In this document: positions 46,914 to 61,490 of the stretch, in pieces | Position numbering within the stretch: the first letter of the stretch is position 1 | Layout: every line of letters starts with the position of its first letter | From: Octopus vulgaris | Lineage: Eukaryota | DNA length: 64,000 bases | Assembly (NCBI GenBank): GCA_951406725.2 | Contig: OX597820.1 | Location: forward strand, 33,728,001 to 33,792,000 | Direction: 5' to 3' | Made by a program: the position numbers and the translations under genes | The notes under the pieces: generated by a model | Databases searched by the model: none | Told to the model about the DNA's origin: nothing | The model's input: only the letters and a program-made list of their open reading frames with translations

Positions 46914-47269
46914 TAGTCAATCATTTAGATATATGCATACATACATATATATATACATACATACATACATACATAGTGCATACATACATTTGTATATAGA
47001 TACACACAAACAAACTTACATAACATGGATTCATAAACGGACAAGAACAAAACAGGCACATAAACACATATATAAAGATAACAGAACTACAGATAAATGC
47101 ACTTATGGTCAACTGCATGTGCAAACACATCTTACATGCATAAGCAAACATACGTGAATGTGTGTAAGTGCATACATGAATATACATAAATGTAAACTAC
47201 TACCCCATAAAGCAATAAATACATAAACATATATATATACTGAAACACATACGCACACAAACATATAAT

Positions 47270-47645
47270 AATAATAATAATAATGAAATTATTGTATATA
47301 GTGCTCAGGTGCACCACAACTTGTCAGAAAGTGCATATAAAGCATATGCAGTAATGTACAAATGTCTGGAAAGCGAACAATGTATGAGTCAGATACATGC
47401 TTGCGTGTGTATGGAGGGGAGGAAATCAGGTGTAGTATTGGCGAATCTCAGGAAGCATGGAAGGTTTGAAGGATGCAGTGCTCCAGCAACTAACGACCAA
47501 TGCCGTCAGTTTGTTCCATGCTTCAGCAACTCTCAGCGTGAAAAAATGTTTCCTAAAGTCATGGGAGCTGTGCTGTTTTCTGACTTTGTAAATATGTCCA
47601 TGGGTGGAGTTTGAAAAGGTGCTCAGAGTTATTGTTTGTAAGTGA
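47270..47645 (-). mobile_element. CR1/L2 LINE 3' fragment
   Basis: HGHIYKVRKQHSSHDFRKHFFTLRVAEAWNKL with an (ATT)n tail. Confidence 0.85.
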
Positions 47646-48098
47646 TGTATATACATACATACATTGACATGCGCATAAACAAACCCCTCCAAACCAGCAA
47701 ACATACATATACACATGCGTGTTCATGCATGCACACGCACATACAAATACTCGTACACTCACACACATATGAACAAAAATAACCCTTGAAACAATAAATA
47801 TACAAATACAAACACATATATGGGTACACACACATACGCTCGCACGTACATGCAAATGCAAATATGAGTGCATTTGATCAAACACTAATGTACAAAGATA
47901 CACACATGCACACACACACACCAACAAATACGCATAAACAATGTGCCTATACCCATACAATATATGTGTGGGTACTGGAGCAGGCGTTGCTGTGTAGTAT
48001 GAAGTTTATTTCCAAACCACATGGTTCCATGTTCTTGGGCATTTTCTACTATAGCTTTGGGCAAACCAAGGCCTTATGAGTGGATTATGTGTTTGTGC

Positions 48099-48129
<31 letters not shown>

Positions 48130-49355
48130 TATGTGTATGTGTTAGTGTGTGTGTTTGTATGTGAGTGCCTGTCCTCCAACTTACCACTTATAACTGGTGT
48201 TGTTTACGTCCCCATAACCTAGCAGTTTGGCAAAAGATGTAGATACAATAAGTACCAGGCTTTTAACATGGTACTGGAGTCGATTCGTTCATCAGGGTCT
48301 GTCTGTAGCAGAAGTGATTTACACTGTTGTTATGTGTGAGATGTATTTGTTTTGATTCATCTAGGCTTAAGTACTCCACAAGCCCTATTCGTTCTAGCAG
48401 GTCACATGACCTGGTGATTAACTGAACCTCTTGTTTGTATTGGTCGGTTTCCAGCTGTCCAATTGTGTTGGCACAACAGTTCATTTTTCCTTACCCAGGA
48501 AATTAATCACCAGCTCCAGGGAGCCTACTGATCTCTATAAGAATGGGAGTTCTCAACTGCTATAGGTCTTTGGCATGCACCACTGACCTCATGCAACTTG
48601 TCTTGGACAACAGGACAAAGATGTATCTGACACCAGCCATTCTCTGCTTTCATCTATGCCAGACACCTGCCTACATTGTTGTTGTATGAAGACCAAATGA
48701 CCAACAGACCAATGGCTGCCTGTACACACCACCAAACAGTATGTCAATAGTACATCTACTGGATCAAGCATGAAGTCCCTCACACATCTTAGTTGTAACT
48801 TGTTATGTTAATTCATGCATGGCAATCATTGTATTTTATAACAGAGAATAAATCGTTGCTCACCAGTTCATTTCCATTTCAAGTTATATATCACTTTCCC
48901 ATTTTCCTCATTTAATCATGCCCATTATATGTTCATTTGGTTTTCTTTGAAGTGAACTGGCTGAAGTAAATTTTTGTTAGTTAGTGTTCTGTGTGAGGTA
49001 GGAAGTGTTGTTATTTATACCTATGTGCTGCTGACCTTGATTTCACCCCAGTCATTGTCTGAAATTCCTGTGTGCATAATTTTTAATTCTGAGTGCAGTG
49101 TTAGTACTGAAGTGTTTTTGTTTGTTTAAATTCATTGAATACTGATCATTGTGGTCAGTATATTAATCTGAAACCCAACTGAGAGCTAACACAGGATGTG
49201 GTTTTCAAAGCTCTGGCCAGTCAGTAGCCAAAGAAACAGATCTCAACTCAACTCAGAATAGATATAATTTTCTTCATTTCCAGTCTCAAAACCTCCAAAA
49301 TTTACAATTTTATAATCACTTTGCAATCATTGGAAGATACAGTTCACTCAATGGA

Positions 49356-50006
49356 TTAAAAGTCAGTTTCAATCTTGCTTGCTTGCTTGTAATGTTACTC
49401 AGCAAAACTGCCACATAATGGAAAAATATCATGAATTAAGTTTAACCTTAAATGTTAATACGAATCGAATGAAACAAGTTTTGCATAAACTGGTAAAGAA
49501 GTTTTCAAGATATTAGACATTTTCATGTTATAAATAATGGGAAAATATTCTGAAAATAATCTTCAGCCTGAAAGGGAAGAAACTCTTATCTTTCTATTAG
49601 ACAGTGAGTTGACAATGAAAAAAAAAGGTGATTTTTTTTTTATTACAATTTCTATCGTAGCGTTTGTTAAACACAATATTTTAATCATATAGAAATATTT
49701 CTAAGTGAATGTGATTTCAAAAATGTAAGCTGTTTGTACAGTATGTATATTTTAGCTTTCTTTAAACAGGCAATATTTAGATGTTTTTAAAAATTATATT
49801 CAAGTGAATACCATTACAAAAATTTTTTTGGCATATTTAAAAAATGTTTTAAAGTGAAAATGACTTTAAAAATACAGTAGATATTTTGTAAAAGACCTGT
49901 TTGTAACCTCAGTGTGAAATAGTTTTTCCCAAGTGCATTCAACGTATCTCCCCTCCAAAGATTTCGCTGCTACTTCTAGCATGCCCTGCTACCATGTAAC
50001 AGCTAT
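49356..50006. repeat. Left arm of ~650-bp diverged inverted repeat
   Basis: Reverse-complement similarity to 53499-54123, e.g. CCTGAAAGGGAAGAAACTCTTATCTTTCTATTAGACA. Confidence 0.8.
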
Positions 50007-50397
50007 TTGCAATAAAGGTCCCAAAATACTTGTTACGTGGTAGCAGGGCGTGCTAGAAATAGCAGCCAAATCTTTCCAACCCATGAAACAAAACTCTGTT
50101 GCTGGGAAACTCATATATACCCACACACTTTTATTTTTTGCATATATCAACAATAAACTTTCTTACAGCACATACACGATTATATATTAGATCCTTTAAT
50201 AATGTTCCTCTACTGAACATGGCCAGCAACATTCTAATACTCCACTGGACACAAGATGAAATTGGTACTCTGATTAACAGATGGTACACTCATCATAATG
50301 ATGGTGAAACATCTAACATTTACTACAAAATTGCCGACAAATTAACTTTGCAGTCCTTTCATAGAATAGAAAGGCAAATTGGAAAATAAAATCTGAA

Positions 50398-51358
50398 AAG
50401 TTGACTTCTGGTGTACCACAGGGATCCGTTCATGGACCCCTACTGTTTATAGTATATATCAATGACATAGATGCCAACCTGAGGAATGTTACAGCGCTGA
50501 AATATGCAGATGATGGTAAGCCATGCCTCAAAATAAAAAGAACAGATCCTATGCACTATAAATCTTTATAGCAATAAGACCTGGATACAATGTAGTAATG
50601 GATCTCTGACTGAGAAGTGCGTCACCATGTATTTTGGGAGGAAAAACGAAACCTTTACATATTCTCTCAGCAATACCAATTTCAAGAAGTTTTCTAGTGA
50701 ATGTGATCTGGGTATTATTGTAAGCAGCATTCTGCGTTGGACAAACCACATCTCTAAGATTGTCGAGAAGACTGAAGGTGTGCTAGGATCACTCAGTAAG
50801 ACCTTTGTTAGCTGCTCTCCAGTCATCTGTTTAGAATTGTATATGGCAACGGTACGACCACACTTAGAATTTGCAACACCAGTTTGACACCCCTATCTTG
50901 CTCACCATATAAATCTCCTGGAAACTGTTCAGAAATGTGCAGCAAAACGAATACCCACTGTCAGTCATTTGCCATACTCTGAACATTTTGCTTCCCCAGG
51001 CATGGACACATTGAAGTGCAGATATCTGGCAACTGACTTGGTAAGACACCCACAAGATTATCAACCATCTTTCCAACAACAATCTTTGCCACCTTTTTGA
51101 ACTCCACATGTCAAACATTCTCGGACATGCTCACAAAATCAAAAAACAACACAGTACCCATGACTTTCGGAAACATTTATTCACACTTAGAATTGTTGAA
51201 GCATGGAATAAACTACCCGCATCAGTTGTTAGCTGTCGAAACACTACATCCTTCAAAATTTCCATGCTTCTTGAAATCTGCCAAAGGTACACCTGGTGAC
51301 CTTCTCTCTCTCTCTCTCTCCTTAGTTGTAGTGCACCTGAGCACTATATACAACAATT
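50398..51358 (+). mobile_element. CR1/L2 LINE, 5'-truncated, decayed
   Basis: SGVPQGSV.GPLLF, KYADD, MVRPHLEFA-like and RIVEAWNKLP motifs. Confidence 0.88.
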
Positions 51359-52539
51359 TCTTTCTTTCATTATATACCTTCCAAACTCACACACACACAC
51401 ATAAAACCACTGGCATGTCTGTGTGGTAAGAAATTTGATTCTTAACAGCGCTTGGTTCTGGATTCAGATTTATTGAGTGGGTTGCCCCAGTAACATAGGT
51501 GTTTGGCATAAGATAGAATAAGGGCTCTTTTCTGCTTGGCTGTCAATTTTTAATCTCTTCAATTTCTGTTTGAATTGATTTTATGTTCAGTGTAATGATA
51601 TAGTTTTATATGCTAACCACTGCTGTGAAATTCATTTTCCCTATAAATCAATAGGTAAAGAGTTAATTGTTTCTAAAGTTTGTGAATCTTTAAACCAATC
51701 ATAAGTCACAGATGCATTTATCCTTGTTTCCATAGTAACAATCTAAACATAAGAACTCTTTTGTCTATGAGATAGCACATGTGGACAAATATATTCAACT
51801 CACTGAAGTGGTGTGCTAAAAATAACAGCTAAATAGGCCTTAAATTACGCACCCCCCAATTTATTTTTTGGTTTTTGCATAATCGCATGAAGTTCCATGG
51901 CAATAAGAAATATAAGTTCAGCTATGCGGTGAATATTGCAGCAAGTGCTATTGGTGTGCATAGCTGTCAAGATCCAGCCACGTGGTGAATATTGCAGTGA
52001 AAGAAAGAATGTGAAAAGCAGAGGAAAAGTCATGATTGCCACAGCAAGTCACAAACGGAATTCAAATTACTCACTAGTAATTTAAATGCAAGTCTCCAAC
52101 ATTGGGTTCACCACTTTAGTGAGAATTAATGTGTACATGTTTGGTCGATAATGTGATGATTAGATGTGGGCTGCATGTAAATGAGAATAAACACTCCCTA
52201 AATATACTAGAACAATTTTTATTTCGGTGAAGATTCCTTGCAAGATGTACAAAAGGTGGAGTAATGTTGGAGTGATGTTACGGAGAGCTGAGTTGAAGGA
52301 CCTACTGGAAGGTAGAATGGTTCATCATGGCTTGGTAGAATAGGTAGCAAGCTCTGTGTTAGCAGGGCATGGAGCTTTTAGTCGTCAGGTTAGCTCCTGA
52401 TGCCGTGAAGTTCTGAGAGCTGTAGTGACCAAAGGAGAGAACTTCCCAACTCGTTTTTTTGTCTGGAACCCTCCAGACTCAACTCAACTCACCAACCATT
52501 CCTAAATGTTTTTAAATTTTGCAAATTTTGAGTAATTTA

Positions 52540-53090
52540 AGTCAATGCCTCCATTCATCTTCACACACATTTTCAGATTCAACACAGAGGTCTACATCAA
52601 GTGTCTGGAGGAGATAGTGCTGCCCTGAGTCAAGAGGGTGGTGAGACCCCATGTCTGGCAACAGGACTCTGCACCATGCCACACAAGCAGAAAAACCAAG
52701 TTATGGCTATCAGACGATTTCTGCGACCACATCACCCCTAATATCTGGCCACCAAACTCCCCAGACTGTAACCCTCATGATTATTATGTGTAGGGTGCAG
52801 TTGAACAAGAGACCAACAAAACTCCTTGTAACACCAAAAATGAACTGAAGGCAAGGATTATGGCAGCATTCACCAACTTAAACAAGAAGATCATCCAGAA
52901 GTGTTGCAGGAGATTCTGAAGTCATCAGGAGGCCATGGTTGAAGCCAATGGCGATTGTATTGAATAAATTTACTCTTTAGTATTTCAAGATATTTTTATG
53001 TAATTTTGGTAACTATATCTGTTAAAATGAGATGTCAGTGTTATTTTCATTTTTGTGTACTTTAGATGATGGTTTATTCACCACACCCTA
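52540..53090 (+). mobile_element. Tc1/mariner (maT/DD37D-like) 3' relic
   Basis: WQQDSAPCH and WPPNSPDCNP motifs. 3' TIR TTTATTCACCACACCCTA. Same family as 61550-62396. Confidence 0.8.
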
Positions 53091-53279
53091 TATATACTTC
53101 TCACATGCATTCTTACTATAGGAAAGAAATAGAATAATAAGGTAAAAAAAAAAATATATATATATATATATTGGCCTGCTCGCTTAGCCAGCGGGGTGGC
53201 GTCACTTGAAGGCTAAAACAATGCGAAGCTCATTGTGACCAGCGATGTGTAGCAACATCTGATAGCCTGGCCGGTCACA

Positions 53280-53319
<40 letters not shown>

Positions 53320-53498
53320 TATCTTAGACTATCCGTAGCCTGTTGGGTCACCGGGAAACTGAGTTTTGTTTCGTGTTTTTTTTTCTTTTCCAGGTTATTT
53401 TGCATGCTTTCAACGAATGTGACACCAAAATCATGCCTAAACAGCCCCTTTGCATGCCCTGCTACCACGTGACAGGTATTTCGGGTCCGTTAGTGCAT

Positions 53499-54123
53499 AT
53501 AGCTGTTACGTGGTAGCAGGGCGTGCTAGAAATAGCAGCCAAATCTTTGGAGGTGAGGTACGTTGAATGCACTCGAAAAAACCTGTTATGAACGGGTCTT
53601 TTACAAAATATTTATCGTATATTTAAAGTCATTTTCACTTTAAAGTATTTTTAAAATATGCTAAAAAAATGTTTTTGTAATGGTATTCACTTGAAAATAA
53701 TTTTAAAAAAGCATTAAAATATTGTCTGTTTAAAGAAAGCTATAATATAAATACTTACTGTACAAGTACCTTACATTTTTGAAATCACATTCATTTAATA
53801 ATATTTCTAAATGATAAAAATATTGTGTTTAACAAAAATGAAAATAGAAACATATACTGTTCAAAACTTGTATTTTTTTTGTTGTCAAGTCATTGTGTCT
53901 AATAGAAAGATAAGAGTTTCTTCCCTTTCAGGATGAAAATTATTTTCGGAATATTTTCACATTATGCTCCATTTTGGGTGTTTATACCCAAAAAGCTCTA
54001 ATATCTTTTAAAGCTACTTTTCTGATTTAAGCAAAACTTGTTTTATTCCATTCGTATTAACATTTTAGGGTAAACTTAATTGGGTAACTTTACAAGCAGG
54101 CATGATTCAAACTGACTTTTAAT
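53499..54123. repeat. Right arm of ~650-bp diverged inverted repeat
   Basis: See 49356-50006. Confidence 0.8.
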
Positions 54124-54124
54124 A

Positions 54125-55070
54125 ATAATAATAATAATAATAATACTTGTGTACAGTGCTCAGGTGCACTACAACTCATCTAAAGTGTATATATAATCAG
54201 GTGTAGTTTCGACGGATTTCGGGAAGCATGAGGGCCTTAAAGGATGCAGTGTCATGGCAGTCAACAACTGATGCAGGCAGTTTATTCCACGCTTCAGCAA
54301 CCCTGAGCGTGAAAAAATGTTTCCGAAAGTCATGGGAGCTGTGCTGTTTTCTGACTTTGTAGGCATGTCCACGTGTGTTAGACACATGGAGATCAAAAAG
54401 GTATTCAGTGTTGTTGTTGGTGAGGTGGTTGATAACCTTGTGGGTGTTTACCAAGTCCGTCGCCAGATGCCGGAGCTTCAGTGAATCCATGCCCAGGGAA
54501 ACAAGGCGCTCAGAATATGGTAGGTGTCTGATGGAGGGTATGCGTTTGGTTGCACGTCTCTGGACAGATTCCAGGAGGTCAATGTTCTGAGCAAGATAGG
54601 GATTCCAAACTGATGATGCGAATTCCAAGTGTGGTCGTACCATAGCTGTATACAGTTTTAAATAGATGGCTGGAGAGCGGCTAACAAAAGTCTTGCTGAG
54701 TGATGCCAAGACACCCTCGGCCTTCTTGACAATTTTAGAGATATGCTTTGTCCAACGCAAATCACTGCTGACAGTGATGCCTAGGTCACGCTCGCAAGAG
54801 GATTTCTTGATATCAGTGTTGTGGAGGGAGTATGTTGACGCAGGGTTTTTTCTCCCAAAATGCATGGTGGTACACTTGTCCACAGCCAGTTTCAGTTGCC
54901 AGTCTGTGATCCATTGCTGCATTGTGTCTAGGTCTGATTGCAGGAAAGAGTTGTAGACATCAGGATCAGTCCTCTTGATTTCAAGGTACAGCTTGATGTC
55001 GTCTGCATATTTCAATACTGTGGAATTCTTTAAATTGGCATCTATGTCATTAATGTATGCCACAAACAGG
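54125..55070 (-). mobile_element. CR1/L2 LINE 3' part with open 288-aa RT C-terminal frame
   Basis: ORF 54197-55063: YINDID, KYADDIKLY, ERDLGI, VRPHLEFASSVWNPY, ESVQRRATK. Ends in an (ATT)n tail. Confidence 0.93.
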
Positions 55071-55073
55071 CAT

Positions 55074-55082
<9 letters not shown>

Positions 55083-55104
<22 letters not shown>

Positions 55105-55360
55105 CTTTTATTTGTTTCAGTCATTTGACTGTGGCCATGCTGGAGCACCGCCTTCAGTCGAGCAAATCGACCCCAGGACTTATTCTATCGGTCTCTCTTG
55201 CCGAACCGCTAAGTGACGGGGACGTAAACACACACACACACACACATATGTACGACGGGCTTTTTTCAGTTTCCGTCTACCAAATCCACTCACAAGGCTT
55301 TGATTGGAAGCATGTGGTTGCTAAGCAAGCTACTTGCCACACAGCCACTCCTGCGCCTAT
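55083..55360 (-). mobile_element. OR-like SINE with internal deletions
   Basis: Reverse complement of 549-974 with gaps. Confidence 0.8.
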
Positions 55361-56127
55361 AATATATATATATATATATAAACTCCCAGGCCAAAGCTAA
55401 AATTCCTGAGGTGTAAAAAATCCAAGTTTCACAATGATCACACCGTAAAGTGGGTTTGGTGAAAAGTAGATAATCCAAATGGACAAAGAAAATTCCATAT
55501 GACATCTTTGATGATCCATTACAATTGTTTCTGTACCCACTCTAACTGTAATGACAGTTTAAGCAAAAACTCAAAGTGAAAATTTACATAATGTTTGCGT
55601 TATTCTTCTCCTTCACTTTCTTCTTCTTCTGCTTGTTTTTCTTCCTCGTCCTCCTCCTTATTCTTCTTCGTATTTTTCTTCTAGCCCCCCCCCCTCCTAC
55701 CACATAATCTCTACCCTGCTTACTCATTCCATAACTGCACTTTTTTTTTTTTAGCTCCCACCAGTTATAAGCCAAAAACAAAAATGGTCTGGAAAATGCA
55801 CAGTATAACTGCAGACCTTTGATGTAAGTCTGAAGAAGCGCCTCTCTAATATCTAAAACTGCAAGCATTACATAAATTTTCATTTTGAATTTTTGCATAA
55901 ACTCGCATTGCAAACAGAGTTGATACAGAGATTGCAAGATCTTGGGAATGTATTATGCAAATATACATTTTTTATTACCACCCATGTGATGTTCTATTGC
56001 ACTTTTTCTTCCTTGAGTTTCCAGATCGGGTCAGCAAGTGATATACAGTATCTCTTATTAATGTTTTTTCTTTAAAAAAAAATGCAATATGGTTCTGATC
56101 TTGATTTTTGAGGCAATCAGTAGTTGC

Positions 56128-56430
56128 AATGGCCCAGTGGTTAGGGCAGTGGACTTGCAGACAGAGGATCGCGGTTTCGATTCCCAGACCGGGCGTTGTG
56201 TGTGTTTATTGAGCGAAAACACCTAAAGCTCCACGAGGCTCCGGCAAGGGGTGGTAGTGACCCCTGTTGTACTCTTTCGCCCCAACTTTCTCTCACTCTT
56301 TCTTCCTGTTTCTTGAGTAACACTGCAATTGACTGGCATCCTGTCCAGCTGGGGGGGGGACACATACGCCATAGAAACCAGGCCCACGAGCCTGGCTAGG
56401 CTTGAAAAGGGCGCATAAATAAAATAAAAA
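56128..56430 (+). mobile_element. tRNA-derived SINE with V-domain-like core
   Basis: TGGCCCAGTGGTTAGGG...GGTTTCGATTCCC, core GACTGGCATCCTGTCCAG, tail AAAAGGGCGCATAAATAAAATAAAA. Confidence 0.75.
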
Positions 56431-58508
56431 AGTAGTTGCATCAGTATATACAAGTGCATTTGCTACTGTTCTCACTGTACATTTATATATTATCTTCTTA
56501 CAATGGTATTCATTTTCCAGAGCATGTGTGTTCCTGTCCTTACAACTACAATTCTTTACCACATTGTCTTCCAATCAATCACAACCAGTCTTTCTTCCAC
56601 TTCTAACTTTTCCTTTATTGTTTTTGTGGTTATTATTAGTGCTCTTAGTATACTCTTCTTTGTTGCTGTTTCCATTACTACTATCACCAAGATTTTCAGC
56701 ATTTCAGTTATTACTCATATTATTTTTACCATCGTCTATTTCTATTAGAATTATTTGGAGTGCTTGATTTCTTTCTGCTTTACTTCTGCAATCCTTATCA
56801 GAAGGATTATTTTTATTTTTACCCCCACTAATGGCGTTAGTGATCTCCTAGTTTATCTTTCTATTTTCAGTTTATGAATATGATATTCTAAGTTATTAGA
56901 TGCTGCCTAATATAATTTCAATGTATGTTCATTAAAAATCTTGTGGTATTTATTAGATTTAGGAGAGCGCCTATCCAGCAAAGCAAAGAAGTCCTGGCAA
57001 TCTTGATAGTGAGCAGGCAGAACTATTAAGCACAACGGACAAAATACTTAACAGTTCTTTACATTCTGAGTTCAAATCTCATTGAGGTCAACTTTACCTT
57101 TGATCCTTTCAGGTTGATAAAAAATAAAGTACCAGTGAAGTAATGTTGTCCCATCTCCTCAAAATTGATGGCCTTGAGCCAAAATGAGAGAATCATTAAA
57201 CTGGTATTTGGAACATAAATTATCTGGAAATTTTGATGGAATGTTTTAATTTAGATCATTTTAAAGCATAAAATTGTTATCATAGACACAAAGGTAACCT
57301 CAGGAGAGTTGGTATCAAAAGGGTTAAATAAATATGACACTTGTTTATCACTGGTGTGAAGGTGTGTGGCCAACTGTTGGGCTCAGAATGATAAGATTGT
57401 AGGGCTCCTTCATCAGCTAGTCTAAGGTGAAGTTTATGTAAAAAGAAAAAGTGTTCACCTTGAGCCTACAGGTTCATGAAGCTTGTAGATTCAAGGTGGA
57501 TTTTCAAAGTGTTTAGGCTGAGCTTTTGATTTGAGACAAAGGGAGAAGACAGCCAACATAGTCAAGTGTCTTCTATCTTAGTCGCCAAATCATAATCTTG
57601 TGAGTGAAGTTACATCAACAAAAGCTATGCAGAAGTCTATTAGATGGGCTGTGCCTGTTTTAGAGTTCTATATGTAATCTGTTGCTTAGTTATTAAACAT
57701 CAGCAACTGTGAACATTTAGCAGAGTCCACTCTGTTGCATTCAAAGCAGATTTCTAGTCTAAGGATATCCTGTTCAAAATGAACATTTCTACTGTCAGCT
57801 TCAAACCAGCTGAAAAATAAGTGTCAATTTCATCAAGAGTTTACAAAGAGTGCTGGTTGTAAACAAATTGTGTTACAAATAACTCATTGTTATCTATGAC
57901 ATGAGAACATCATTTGGCAGATGAACCTGACTTAAAGCCACAGTTCTTTCCCATTTAGTTTGAGACTGGTTTCATAAATGTTTCTCATTAGTTTATAATA
58001 TTAGAATTACATATGAATTTGCTCTGTACTCTTTATATTGAGTGCTCTATATTTTCTTATTGATACTTGTTCAAAATGGGATGCCAGATGACACTAAGAA
58101 TCATTTTTGCATAATTTAGATGACAGTTTATTCACCACGCCCTGTATATATATATTTATATACATATATAAACTCCAGATGACACTAAGAATCACTTTCA
58201 GCTAAGTGTATTGGAGTAATGCAAAGGGAAAGACCTTACTTAAGGACATGTGCCATCTGGTTTGAGAAATGAACCCATGATCTAATTATCATGATAATGG
58301 TTACTACTGTAACTATTAGGTCTTCATCAGTTAACTAATATCAAAAAAACATTAAGTTGCTACAAACTTAGGTGTAGTCAGTTTTTCTCTACTTATGTAG
58401 TTAGTATTTGCATTTTGATTCAAAAGTCTAACTTCCCATGGAGGTGGGGCAAACTTTCCTGTACTTTAGCTATCATATATATATATATATAGATATATAT
58501 AGATATAG

Positions 58509-58543
<35 letters not shown>

Positions 58544-58544
58544 T

Positions 58545-60110
58545 TAGGGAGTATATCCAAACTTACAGGGAAAAATTAGATTTAGGATTAAATCAAATTT
58601 CACAGTATAAAAATAAATTAAATTAGAGATAAAACAACTATTATTATATTAATGTAATATTGTATATTACATTAATTATATTTATTTATTGTTTTTTTAA
58701 TGTTTTCGTTAATGTCTATCACTGTTTAAGTTGCCTGATAGTGGTTTTATCTCTAATTTAATTTATATATATATACTTTATTAGAGATAAAACCACTATT
58801 AGGCAAATCAAACAGTGAAAAACATAAGCCAATACATAAAATTAATTTAAAAATATAAAAGTTAAAAATAAAAAATTATTTAAATAATTTAAACTAATAA
58901 ATTTTATATATATATATACAAGTATGTATGTATATTTTTATATTTATATATTATTTTATTTATTAATTAATTTATTTATTTTTTAATTTTTTTTTTTTTA
59001 AATATCAAAAGTATTAAAAGTTTAATATAAGATAAAGAGTAAAACACTACGATCATTTCATGGCTGTACCAATTCGAATAACAATAATTTAAATTCAGTT
59101 AATAATTCTAATTATGGTTACAGTCAATCTTCAGGTTAATTGAGATATTTTAAAAATAATCAGAAATATTTAAACAATATTTTTAAGATATAAATAATAT
59201 AATAATTTTACTTATAATAAGCTCTATTATCAAACTAGAAACTTAAAACTTAACAATTATGATTATATCAAAATCGATTATAATGTTAAATATTAATTTT
59301 AATTTATAAGGTAAGAAACCCACCAATAATCTAATATCGGTAATAGTCTATATCTAATTACGTAAATATATTTTTTTTAAATGACTATTATATATAAATT
59401 ACCAATGAAAATATATGAATGTATATAAATATTATAATTAAGATCTAAAATAATCTCTATAAATAAATATATATGCACATATAATAAAGACCTAATAAAT
59501 TAATTTTTCATATTTAAAGATGAAATAGCTAATTTCAAAAATACATACAAACAAACTTAAACAAACTTTCGGAAATCTTATTTAAAATACTTATAGAAAT
59601 AATCAATTCGTAGTTATATAGTATCGAATAAATACTATAAATATAATTATCAATGGGAATAACTAGCGAATATCAATTTAAAAAGACAATAACTAAGTTA
59701 TGCTATTAAGTTAGACATGGCCTGGACCAATCTTTAGTCGAAACATATCTAAGTTTATCAAAGTTTATCTAATTTTAATTATAAGAAATTTAAAACTACA
59801 ATTAATACTATTAATACATGTATATACAAAAGCCTAACTTTAGACACCTCGTATACTTGCTATCAAACAACAAATCTATCGCTAAGTAATATCTTACGAA
59901 TAAACTTAAATTTAATATCTAATAATATAGAAAATTACGATAATTAGATCATTACATAAACAACGATATTTACATAAGGAAAATATTATTACACCAAAGA
60001 CTTATAAAATATTAAAATTTACAATTTAAAGATCTTAAATATAAATAAATACTTATCTTAGCGAGGTTTTGTAATGATTTGCTTAATAGTGGTTTTATCT
60101 CTAATTTAAT
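58545..60110. repeat. Extremely AT-rich decayed PLE-like terminal repeats with inverted copies
   Basis: TTAGAGATAAAACCACTATT recurs in both orientations (about 58622, 58740, 58781, 60085). A degenerate minus-strand CTGAAGA...GAAA hammerhead-like frame lies at about 59045-59137. Confidence 0.5.
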
Positions 60111-60119
60111 ATAATATAA

Positions 60120-61490
60120 TAAACTGCGTGGTCTCGGCATTGGTGGAAAACTTGGAGAGTGGCTGCACAACTTCCTAAAAGACAGAAAACAGGCAGTTGT
60201 GAGCAATGGAGCCACCTCCAAGGAAACACAAATAACAAGCGGTGTCCCACAGGGCACTGTCTTGGGGCCACTGATGTTCATAGTGGCCCTTTCAGACATA
60301 CCTTCAGTTGCTACGATGACCACCCTTGCTAGCTATGCAGATGACACAAAAGTCTCCCATGCAATACAAAACCCTGAAAATATTGCGCATCTGCAACAGG
60401 AGTTGGACACAATATACAGGTGGGCTGAGGACAACAACATGCAGTTTAATGCAGGTAAGTTCCAGGCCCTGCGCTACTGGCACACAAAGGTAAACGACGT
60501 GCAGACTGGATACACTGGCCCAGGAAGAATTGCAATCCCTGAGTCAAAATCAGTACATGACCTGGGCATTGACATGAGCAATGATGCATCTTTCCAAGTG
60601 CATATTGCTAATCTGGTGATAAAATGCAGACGGCTAGCTGGATGGATTCTCCGAACTTTCAGAACAAGAGAGAAGGAGACACTGATGGTCCTATGGAAAA
60701 CATTCGTCCTCAGCCGCTTGGACTACTGCTCCTAACTGTGGTCACCACACAATATAAAACTAACAGCAGAACTCGAAGCAATTCAGAGAAGCTACACAAA
60801 GAAAATTGTCTCAATGCAAAATATCAGCTACCAGGAAAGACTGAAGGTATTAAACCTCTACTCCCTAGAGCGGAGGCGGGAGAGATATGCGGTGATATAC
60901 ATCTGGAAAATCCTGGAGGGTCTTGTCCCAAACTTTGGCATTCAAAGTTACCCCAACCGCAGAACAGGGCGCCACTGCATGGTGCCAAAGATTCCAACAT
61001 CACCATCAAAATACAGGTCCAGATACTGCAACAGCTTGGGTTTCAGAGGACCACAGTGTCGTGAGTGTGCGATTTGAATATAGAGGCACCTACCTTCTCT
61101 TCGTAGTGACGGAGATCCTCCAGAGATGACTAGTCCTTCCTCACAGCCCCGACCCGAACACTAACGATAGCAGCTGCTAGCCCAAACCCTTAGCGACGTT
61201 CTGGCACGTCTTGTCACACACAGCTCTTTAACATCCTCCCTAAATGCCTGAGAAACTTACATGGTGTGGATGTGGGTTTCTTTAAAACTAAACTGGATCT
61301 CTTCTTGTCGGGAGTCCCAGATGAACCTACCTCACGACAGGAGACACTGATGCGGGCAGCAGCATTGAACTCCCTTGTTGATCAAGTGCCACGTATCAGA
61401 GGTGGATTCACAAATTAGTGTAGCTCATTCAGCGGTGGTGCCCCAGCATTGCTGTGGCCTTCGGGCTAAAACATTTTTAAGGATTTAACG
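60120..61490 (+). mobile_element. CR1-group LINE, 5'-truncated
   Basis: SGVPQGTVLGPLMF, YADDTKV, SRLDYCS, LYSLERRRER, GFRGPQ|LFN (split by a small LTR). Confidence 0.92.
61057..61218. mobile_element. Small solo LTR-like insert (162 bp), 5-bp TSD CACAG
   Basis: TGT...ACA termini, CACAG at 61052-61056 and 61219-61223. Removal restores the LINE peptide RGPQLFN. Confidence 0.8.

Noticed and set aside
55584-55937. Basic R/K-rich 117-aa ORF
   Set aside because: Derived from low-complexity (CTT)n and poly-C/T tracts.
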